Shown piece after piece: positions 56,603 through 64,000 of a stretch of 64,000 nt of DNA; the first letter of the stretch is position 1, and each line of letters opens with the position of its first letter. Source of the DNA: Limisphaerales bacterium (GTDB lineage: Bacteria; Verrucomicrobiota; Verrucomicrobiia; Limisphaerales; SIBE01). Where the stretch lies: the NCBI GenBank assembly GCA_044225505.1, contig JBGAIN010000016.1:1-64000 (forward strand), read 5' to 3'. Both the position numbers and the translations under genes were made by a program. The notes beneath the pieces were generated by a model. The model was not told where the DNA came from. It worked only from the letters and a program-made list of their open reading frames with translations, and did not search any database.

Positions 56603-56974
56603 TTAGAACTCGTGCGGCGATAGGCCGACGGCCACAATACTGCACGCCTGGATGGCGTTCAGCCCCAGTCGCTCAGCTTCCGCCACGACTTCTGGAGACT
56701 CGGCCCCCGGATTCAACCAGAGCTCGTCGCATCCCTTTTGGGCAATCTCTGAAAGGATCGGCAGTAGCCGTTCCGGGGGGATGTAGACCGTCACCATCTC
56801 CGGCCGGACGGGCAGATCGAGAATGCTGCGGTAGGCGGACAATCCCTCCACCGTGGTTTCCGAATGGTTCACCGGATAAACGATGTAACCTTGCTGGCGA
56901 AAAGCACGTAACGCTTTGTTGCCAAATTTGCTTCGGTTGCTCGAGGCTCCGATGATCGCCACGGTTTTTGACAT
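56603..56974 (-). CDS. CoA-binding protein (YccU-like)
   Basis: MSKTVAIIGASSNRSKFG..VYPVN..WLNPGAES..ACSIV. Confidence 0.88.
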   Translation of the reverse strand: MSKTVAIIGASSNRSKFGNKALRAFRQQGYIVYPVNHSETTVEGLSAYRSILDLPVRPEMVTVYIPPERLLPILSEIAQKGCDELWLNPGAESPEVVAEAERLGLNAIQACSIVAVGLSPHEF

Positions 56975-57033
56975 GCCGCCAACAAACACGCTCTCGTGTT
57001 GAAATGCAACTGGCCTTGTTCCATGCTCGATGG

Positions 57034-57567
57034 ATGAAACTCTGGACTCTCGGCGCGGTAGGGTTGACCGCTTGGTGCCTCTGGACGGGTTGCAGTCGCC
57101 CCGCGGCTGTGGCCCCACCAGCGGCTCCGGCAGATGCAACTCCGGCCGTGACGGGTCGTCCCCAACCTAAACTGTCGACGATCAAGTTATGGCTCGGGGC
57201 GAAGGAGATCGTCGCGGAGCAGGCCATCAGCCCGGATCAGGTGCAGACCGGAATGATGTTTCGCAAGGAGATTGGAGAAACCGAGGGGATGCTCTTTATC
57301 TTCGCGCGGCCGCACCGCGCTTCGTTCTGGATGCGTAATACTTTGATTCCGCTCGCGGGCGCTTACATCGATCCGTCCGGGGTCATTCTTGAGATTCATG
57401 CCATGAAACCGCTCGACGAGACCTCGATCACGGCCAGTTCGGATCAAGTGCAGTATGTTCTGGAAATGAAAGAGGGATGGTTTGAAAGGAACCACGTGGA
57501 AGTGGGGACGGTGATACGGACGGAGCGGGGATCGCTCGGGCAGACCTATTTTGGCCGGGCGGAGTAA
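57034..57567 (+). CDS. DUF192 domain lipoprotein
   Basis: WTGC lipobox; GMMFR..GMLFIF..SFWMRNTLIPL..YVLEM..GWF. Confidence 0.88.
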   Translation: MKLWTLGAVGLTAWCLWTGCSRPAAVAPPAAPADATPAVTGRPQPKLSTIKLWLGAKEIVAEQAISPDQVQTGMMFRKEIGETEGMLFIFARPHRASFWMRNTLIPLAGAYIDPSGVILEIHAMKPLDETSITASSDQVQYVLEMKEGWFERNHVEVGTVIRTERGSLGQTYFGRAE

Positions 57568-57620
57568 GAGGAGTAAGCAATTCAACGTTAAGAACTGGGC
57601 TCAAGAAGCTTCATTCGTAT

Positions 57621-57722
57621 TTAACAGGGATATAAAACGGATATAACACGGGTTTAACAGGGATTTAACACGGATAGTGTCCCTGTTATTCCCGTATTAA
57701 TCCCTTGTAAATTCCATGTAAT
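57621..57722. repeat. AT-rich array of 11-bp units: 5 direct copies followed by 4 inverted copies
   Basis: TTAACAGGGAT ATAAAACGGAT ATAACACGGGT TTAACAGGGAT TTAACACGGAT agt GTCCCTGTTAT TCCCGTATTAA TCCCTTGTAAA TTCCATGTAAT. Confidence 0.85.
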
Positions 57723-57759
57723 AACCGAAGAGAGTGCCTCCCGTGGTCTGAACGCAAAA

Positions 57760-59088
57760 ATGCGTGCGTTCGTCCCAGAGACCGTTAATTTCACCTCCAT
57801 GACATCGTTGCGGCCCAATTCCGAACAGCTTTTCGCGGAGGCTTTGAAATACATCCCCGGCGGAGTCAATTCTCCGGTCCGTGCCTTTCGCGCCGTGGGC
57901 GGGCAACCGTTCTTTGTCGATCGTGCGGCCGGAGCTCACGTCTTCGACATCGATGGGAACGAATACATCGATTACGTTGGAACCTGGGGACCAGCGATTT
58001 TGGGTCATGCCCATCCGAAAATCATTCGTGCGCTGCAGGAAACCGCGACCCGAGGGACCAGTTTCGGAATTCCTAACCCGTTGGAAGTGAAGATGGCCAA
58101 ACTGGTTTGCGAGGCTGTTCCCAGCTTGGAAAAGGTGCGCATGTGCAATTCGGGGACTGAGGCGACCATGTCCGCTATTCGGCTCGGCCGTGGATTTACG
58201 AAACGCAACAAGATTATCAAGTTTGACGGCTGCTACCACGGTCATGCGGACTCATTGCTGGTGAAAGCCGGTTCCGGCGCTTTGACGTTCGGACATCCCG
58301 ACAGTATGGGAGTCCCCGCAGCGTTTACGCAGCACACCATCGTTGTGCCGTTCAACGAAACTGGCCCGGTGGAGGAAGCGTTCGAAGCGAACCCGGGAGA
58401 CATCGCCGGAATCATCCTCGAACCCATTCCAGGAAACGCCGGACTTTATCTGCCCAAACCGGGATACCTGGACTTCCTGAGAGAGATTACCCAAGCCAAT
58501 CAGGCCTTGCTGATTTTCGACGAAGTCATGACGGGTTTCCGGCAAGCTTGGGGCGGCGCGCAGGAGCGTTTCAAAATTAAACCGGACCTGAGCTGTTTCG
58601 GGAAGATCATTGGGGGAGGATTGCCGGTCGGAGCTTTTGGCGGTAGGGCTGAGATCATGGACCATCTGGCACCGTTAGGGCCGGTTTATCAGGCCGGGAC
58701 ACTCAGTGGCAATCCGTTAGCAATGGCCGCAGGCATCGCCGCTCTGGAAGAACTGAGGGGCGGCGAGATCTATTGCCGACTGGAGGAAATGGGGCAGGAG
58801 TTGGAGGCGGGAATGAAGCGGGCGGCGGCGACGGCTGGAATTCCGGTCCAAGTCAATGCGTGCGGCTCTATGTTTTGCTGCTACTTCACATCGGAACCGG
58901 TGCATAACCTTGGCGACGCCATGCGCAGCGACCGGGCGCGCTTCGCCAAGTTCTTCCACGGAATGCTGGCCGAAGGCGTCTACTTAGCACCGTCGCAGTT
59001 CGAAGCCGGATTTCTCTCGGCCGCCCATACGTCGCAGGATATCGAACGGACATTAGCCGCGGCGACGAAAGTCATGAAAACGTTGTAA
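57760..59088 (+). CDS. hemL: Glutamate-1-semialdehyde 2,1-aminomutase
   Basis: [68 protein letters not shown]; start 57760 or 57799. Confidence 0.97.
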   Translation: MRAFVPETVNFTSMTSLRPNSEQLFAEALKYIPGGVNSPVRAFRAVGGQPFFVDRAAGAHVFDIDGNEYIDYVGTWGPAILGHAHPKIIRALQETATRGTSFGIPNPLEVKMAKLVCEAVPSLEKVRMCNSGTEATMSAIRLGRGFTKRNKIIKFDGCYHGHADSLLVKAGSGALTFGHPDSMGVPAAFTQHTIVVPFNETGPVEEAFEANPGDIAGIILEPIPGNAGLYLPKPGYLDFLREITQANQALLIFDEVMTGFRQAWGGAQERFKIKPDLSCFGKIIGGGLPVGAFGGRAEIMDHLAPLGPVYQAGTLSGNPLAMAAGIAALEELRGGEIYCRLEEMGQELEAGMKRAAATAGIPVQVNACGSMFCCYFTSEPVHNLGDAMRSDRARFAKFFHGMLAEGVYLAPSQFEAGFLSAAHTSQDIERTLAAATKVMKTL

Positions 59089-59124
59089 CTCGGCGGCGCC
59101 AACCCTGTGCGATTGGCCCCCGAA

Positions 59125-59965
59125 TCACGCCGCTTTCTTCGTCTTATGCTTTGCTGAGCTTTTGGAGCGGCGGGCTTTGGCGCCCGCTTCCTTAGTTCGA
59201 TTCAGACTCTCCTGCAGGACCGAGACGAGGTCGATCACCTTGGTGGTCGGGCGGCGCTTCGGGCCGCTGCCGGGAGGGAGTTTCCCGCCATGCTCGATCT
59301 TTTCATGGATCAGCTTAAGCAGCGCGGAACGATAATCGTCGTTGTATTTTTCCGGATCCCAGTGATCCGTCATACTCTCCACCAGTGCGGTGGCCATCTC
59401 CAACTCTTTGGTTCCGACGTCCAGACTGCCTGGGATCTTCAGTGCCGTGGCTTTGACGAGTTCTTCGCCAAAGTGCATCAATTCCAGGACCAGGGTGTTG
59501 CCGTAAGGTTTGACGGCGGCCAGGTGTTTGCCGGGATTTTATGACGACCTTCGCGATCCCGACTTTGCCAGTCTTGCGCAGAGATTCGCGGAGCAAGGCA
59601 TAGGCCTTGGCCCCGCCTTTCTGCGGTTCCAAGTAGTACGGCTTGTCGAAGAACATCGGGTCGATCTCGTCCTGCGCCACAAAATCGATAATATCCACCG
59701 TTTGGGTGGCTTCCACATCCACTCGGCGGAAGTCCTCGTCCTTCAAGACGATGAACTTGCCCTTTTCGTGCTCGTAGCCTTTGACGATATGTTCCCAAGC
59801 AACCTCGCGTCCGTCCGCTTCCGCGACCCGTTTGTAATCGATGGGGCTCAAGTCCTGGTCGCGCAACAGCCGGAACTTCAGTTCCTCGCGGCGGGTCGCG
59901 GGATAAAGCGCAATAGGGATATTGACGAGACTAAAGCTGATCGCTCCTTTCCAAATCGCTCGCAT
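59125..59965 (-). pseudogene. ku: NHEJ Ku protein, single frameshift (pseudogene or sequencing error)
   Basis: MRAIWKGAISFSLVNIP..IVKGYE..FFDKPYYL..YALLRE; one extra A near 59528 (CGG CAA A CAC CTG); removing it restores RQHLAAVKP..LELMHF..YNDDYR..VIDLVSVLQESL. Confidence 0.85.
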
Positions 59966-60063
59966 AAGTCTTTCGGGTGAGTAGGTGGGTTATCAGGCGC
60001 AACACGGAAATGAATGTCGGCATTCTGTCGCTTGCTCCACTGGCCGGTTGTTCTCAGCGCAAT

Positions 60064-61044
60064 TCACAGCACGGGCTCCGGGAGCGTTTGCTCTGTGCGC
60101 AACTGAGTGTTTCGGAACCGACGCAGAGAATGATTGAGGAGGCTTTCTTCGAATAGGCTGCGATTGATCGCTTGCGCGGCCGTGGCTCCCTGGCCAGCGG
60201 CAATGATCATCTGACAATTGGCCGGAGTCACGCAACCCGCCGCGTACAGGCCTGGGACACTAGTTCGGCAGCAATTATCCACGACGATTTGGCCGTCCGG
60301 ATCCAGTTCTGCACCCAGATTCTGGGCGAGCGTATTGTGGAAAATGTCACCGCGCGTTGTGAAAATCGAATCTACGGCAATGTGACGCTCGTCCGCGAAA
60401 GTGAGCGAGCCGACTTTGCCACATGAATGTTCGACTCGGATGATCCGATCCGGAAACACCGGCAACTGATACTCTTTGATCCAAGCGGCATGTTCCGCAT
60501 CCCAGGTCGGTGCCCGACCGTTCGATGCGATGATGACGCAGGAGGAGTAAAGGAGCATCCCCAGCGCATATTCGACCGCTTCGTCGTTGCTGCCCACAAT
60601 CGCGATCCTTTTCCCTTGTACGCGGTGCGCATCGCAATCTTTGCAAAAGAACATGCTCTGTCCCAAACAGGCTTCCACTTCTGGAATCTCCGGCGGCAAA
60701 TGGTAAAGTCCGGTGGCCAAGAGCAAACGGTCGCATTCGTAACACGCCCCGTTGCCGGCCAACTGAAACCGGCTACCGACGCGCCCGGCGCTGCAAATCC
60801 TGTCTTTGGCAAAATGCACGCCGAACTGCTCGGCTTGGTGCCGGCCCCGACGCAACAGGTCTCGGCCATCGATGCCTTCTGGAAATCCCAGATAATTCTC
60901 AACGTTGGGTTCCCAAATTGCCAGGGACTGGTCGTCATCCACGACCAAGGTATCTCGGAGCGCTCGCCCAAGGTAAACCGCGGCGGAGAGGCCAGCGAGC
61001 CCGCCCCCGATCACAATGACGTCATGCTTGCTCGTTTCTACCAT
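60064..61044 (-). CDS. NAD(P)/FAD-dependent oxidoreductase (thioredoxin-reductase-like)
   Basis: DVIVIGGGLAGLSAA, ENYLGFP, LLLATG, CKDCD (CxxC), TSVPGLYAAG. Confidence 0.9.
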   Translation of the reverse strand: MVETSKHDVIVIGGGLAGLSAAVYLGRALRDTLVVDDDQSLAIWEPNVENYLGFPEGIDGRDLLRRGRHQAEQFGVHFAKDRICSAGRVGSRFQLAGNGACYECDRLLLATGLYHLPPEIPEVEACLGQSMFFCKDCDAHRVQGKRIAIVGSNDEAVEYALGMLLYSSCVIIASNGRAPTWDAEHAAWIKEYQLPVFPDRIIRVEHSCGKVGSLTFADERHIAVDSIFTTRGDIFHNTLAQNLGAELDPDGQIVVDNCCRTSVPGLYAAGCVTPANCQMIIAAGQGATAAQAINRSLFEESLLNHSLRRFRNTQLRTEQTLPEPVL

Positions 61045-61116
61045 GGCCAGAAAGCGCTTGCCGGTGGGGGCGGGGACGATTGCGCGTTTAATTCGCACGT
61101 CTTCCACCTGGAGAGC

Positions 61117-61673
61117 CTAACGCGCCGAAGTTGGTTCTTCAGGGGCGGCCTGATTGTCTCCCCGGACGGACGCTTCTTCCGCAATGGCGATGTCTTCCGC
61201 CCCAGCTCGTTCAAAGATCTCGCGCGCTCGGCGCGTTTCCGAGGGGTCATCAGCATGGACCGAAATCAAAATATTTCCGCTCTTGATCCTGCCCTCGTAG
61301 CGCTTCGCCTCATATTCTGGAATGCCCATCCCCACCAGGGCTCCAGTGACACCGCCAAACGCTGCTCCCACCGCAGCTCCACTTAGCGCCGCCATTAGGG
61401 GCCCAGCCGCGATGAAAGGGCCGACTCCCGGAATTGCCAGCGCGCCGATTCCCGCCAGCCACCCGAGCGCCCCTCCGACCAGGCCTCCCGTGCCCGCCCT
61501 GTCGCCGCGCCTTCGGGCGCTGGTATGTTGTTCGTGGGCAAAATGCCGCGTGCCCGCCTGATCTGGAAACAGAACGGAGATGTCATTGTGGAAAACCCAG
61601 CGTCCTTGAGTTGATTGACGATGGACTCTGCCTGAGCCTCGCTCAGGGCAATACAAAAAATCGCTTTAGGCAT
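61117..61673 (-). pseudogene. General-stress (YflT/DUF3341-like) membrane protein with glycine zipper, frameshifted
   Basis: MPKAIFCIA..QLKDAGFS / NDISVLFPD..FAHEQHT / APEGAATG / AGTGGLVGGALGWLAGIGALAIPGVGPFIAAGP..MGIPEYEAKRYE; three small deletions between about 61495 and 61590. Confidence 0.75.
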
Positions 61674-62319
61674 AAACGTATCCTTCGGGTGATCCCAAGC
61701 CCTGCGCCGGGATATTTCAGGAAGTGGCGCGCCGGGAGACACACAACCTGTGGTTAAATTGAACCTGGTTCCAAGGACGGCAATCGGGCTGCCTCCCTGA
61801 TTGAAGCCTCCGGGGAACCGGACGCCATGTCAGGTGGAGCAGAAGAAAGGACGCCAAAAGTTCGACCCGACAGCCGCTCGAAAAAAGTGATACAGCTTGA
61901 ACATCCGTGGCAACGCGAGGTTAACAGCTTCGTGTTGCCGACCTCGAATCAGCAATTGCTGATTCAGGAGTGGAACAACTCTGATTTCAGGCATTAAGGA
62001 GGGTGTTTAGGGAATTTCTGCCACCCCTCGGCCGCGGGGCTGTCAGATGGCACGAAGGAAGCCATGCCGATCGAAAGAAAAGGTCAACCGCTTCCCCTTA
62101 AGCGACCTGACGGGCCTGCGGAATCGGCCATCAAGTGGCGCGACCTTGATTTGGTGACTTTTTGTCTCCACCCGATCCTCGGTTTGGGGCCGGTCCGTTC
62201 CCAAACCATGCGTCAATTCACTGATTTGGCGCACACTCTGTCAACAAATTGTTACCAGCCTGCAGACGGCATAGGCTGCGGTGGTGCGGCAAACGAGTTT
62301 TAGAGGCACCTTAGTCCTT

Positions 62320-62360
62320 GCGCGCCAGCGTCTTGGAGTGCGCCAGACCTCTGGCGCTTT
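62320..62360 (+). repeat. REP-like palindromic element
   Basis: GCGCGCCAGCGTCTTGGAGT GCGCCAG ACCT CTGGCGC TTT: a GGAG tetranucleotide directly 5' of a 7-bp-stem hairpin. Confidence 0.55.
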
Positions 62361-62426
62361 TCCCTCGAGGTGAGCCGATTACCCTGCATCTCGCGATATA
62401 CCAACAGCTTCCGCCTTGGTCTTTCC

Positions 62427-62478
62427 CTCGTAATCTTCATCCTCATCGTAATCGTAATCCTCCTCGTCATCGTTCTTC
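62427..62478. repeat. Degenerate hexamer/trimer low-complexity tract (TCGTAA / TCCTCA-type)
   Basis: CTCGTAATCTTCATCCTCATCGTAATCGTAATCCTCCTCGTCATCGTTCTTC. Confidence 0.6.
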
Positions 62479-62750
62479 TATCCTCTCCGCACCTTCGTCC
62501 GCTACCCATTTCTCCCCCCTCATTTGAACCATCTGAGAGCCACGGCCGGCGCTGAAGGTATGTCGCCCCACGCGCCTTGGCGACGCAACCGAATCCAGGA
62601 GCAGTTTGCTCCCGGTATGTGCGACAAATCGCCAGCCAGGCTTGGCTTGCGGGATCGGACCTGTTGATGAGTTGTTGCCGGGAAGTCGGACCTGAGTAAG
62701 TTGTTGCTTGATTCAGGACCTGAAGTGGTGTTAGCGAAGAGTAATTTTGG

Positions 62751-62914
62751 TCTGTTTGGAAGCCTGCCCTGGGGGCTTGCGGCCTACATTCCGCAGCTGG
62801 AAAATGGAAGGGAATTTTTCTGTGGGCTTTTCGGTAATGTTCATCGGACCTGGGCCAAGTTGTTGTGAGGCTCCAGTATATTTGAAGGTTTCTGTTTGGA
62901 AGCCTGCCCTGGGG
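62751..62914. repeat. 24-bp perfect direct repeat, 140 bp apart
   Basis: TCTGTTTGGAAGCCTGCCCTGGGG at 62751-62774 and 62891-62914. Confidence 0.85.
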
Positions 62915-64000
62915 TTCAAGGGCGGCAGGCTCGTTCTTTGCTGAGTTCCGCTCCAATAGCGCTTTGGCCGATTTAAGTCGTTGGTGATCTTCCCTCAGCA
63001 TCCTTAAGGTGTAGGCTTTTCCAGCCGGGCCTGGCGCGGTTTCACGGCTTTCGCTGTCTTGACCACTCCGTCTGCGCGCCTCGCTTGGCGCGGCGCTCTT
63101 CCGACCAAATCTGTTATGTTGCTGATAGAATTTTGCCTCGACCGCGGACGCTTTGCTCTCCAGGTCCATTGCGGCGACAAACTGCTGCACGCGGTATGCT
63201 CCAGGATCTCCCTGGCCGCGCCAAGGATCTGGCCTTGACGCTTGAGGTCTTCGATCAACTGCTCCATCCGTTAATGACTTCGGAACACTCTTCTCGTGAT
63301 AAAACCAGCCAGCTCCACTTACCCTTCAAAGATAAAAGGACTCGGTGGTGCCTGTTCGACCCACGCTGGAGTTGATCAGCGCCGACGACCAGGTTGTGGA
63401 AGAATGGTGATGGCGCGTGATTGACGATGTAACGGAGCTGTTCCTGGGTGCAAAGGATTTACAGTCGGCGACCAGGGCCATGGATACAGAGGGAATCCCA
63501 GGTTTCTATGTACGTGAATGCTCATCGTTACGGTTGCCGGGATAAACGCGATGACCATGGCGCCGTCATCAGCTCGGTGTGGACCATGCAAGTCGCGGGC
63601 GGTGATCTTGCTGTGGCCCCGACGCAATTCGCCGGTGCTCCTCGACCATTGTGTCATCCGTTCGGAATGGATGCCGTCCGGACCGAAACGACTAAAGCGA
63701 GTGAGCCGGTGCGATCGGCTTCGTGAAACTGATCGAGCCGGGCAAACCGACATCACGCTCCAGGGGGGAGTTCATAACTCACCCTCCACCCACTCAGCTG
63801 GTCATCCATCGGCGTATCAGCGCGAGCAAGGCCTGGATCGGAACCGGGTTTCTCTCCGAGCGCAGTCGCGGGGAAGGTGGAGCGGATGAGGAAGGTGAAC
63901 GCGACTTCGAGCAGGTGATGCATTTGATATGACCCAATACCGAGACCATTTAAGAGAAGAAAGAGTGCGCCTCGTTACGCAGACAAATCCTCCGGCATGA

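Noticed and set aside
57621..57722. CRISPR array
   Set aside because: Units are 11 bp, contiguous, have no unique spacers, and no cas genes are present.
60427..61386. 319-aa plus-strand ORF and similar antisense ORFs (e.g. 5455-6486, 8857-9633, 28742-29494, 51791-52681)
   Set aside because: Shadow ORFs opposite well-supported genes, expected in GC-rich DNA.
61680..62040. Riboswitch or ncRNA upstream of the stress gene
   Set aside because: No recognisable conserved riboswitch motif by eye; an Rfam search would be needed.
62655..62914. CRISPR or mini-array
   Set aside because: Only two copies of the 24-mer, 140 bp apart; the other motifs are short and irregularly spaced.
62300..63267. Long minus-strand ORFs (296 aa and 87 aa) as genes
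   Set aside because: They run through repeats and low-complexity DNA with no recognisable domain; a short frameshifted helical gene at about 62930-63267 is possible but unsupported.
63410..63630. Remnant of an AlkK-like acyl-CoA ligase on the minus strand (EQLRYIVNHA)
   Set aside because: Only one short motif matches and no coherent frame can be rebuilt; needs tBLASTn.

Overview
GC-rich bacterial window, most likely from a Verrucomicrobiota (Pedosphaerales/Limisphaerales-like) genome or MAG. The taxonomy is inferred from protein style and a recurring C-terminal 'W...F[YFW]xL' domain, not proven. It holds about 50 CDS. I recognised no rRNA, tRNA, CRISPR array or intact mobile element. Housekeeping genes are kdsB, ychF, an FKBP PPIase, a GreA/B-like factor, ilvD and hemL. 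The main finding is a 17-kb, 11-gene, co-directional and largely translationally coupled cluster (36764-53817, minus strand). It encodes a sulfotransferase, P450, UbiA-like prenyltransferase, two PigC/RPH-like PEP-utilising enzymes, a TamH-like aminotransferase/acyl-thioester-reductase fusion, an NTF2 protein, a BtaA-like DUF3419 protein, a GNAT, an AMP-ligase and an MFS exporter. It has no PKS, NRPS or ACP, and looks like an uncharacterised pathway for a modified amino-lipid or alkaloid. Other notable items: a candidate secreted FN3-RNase toxin with a Cys-rich immunity gene; a sialidase-kdsB-deoxyhypusine-synthase-like-SSS locus; four secreted proteins sharing a putative C-terminal sorting domain; a HEAT/HDOD/DUF4388 signalling operon; an AT-rich inverted array of 11-mers upstream of hemL; several pseudogenes or frameshifts; and one false assembly gap. 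All family calls come from motifs recognised by eye; no database search was run.
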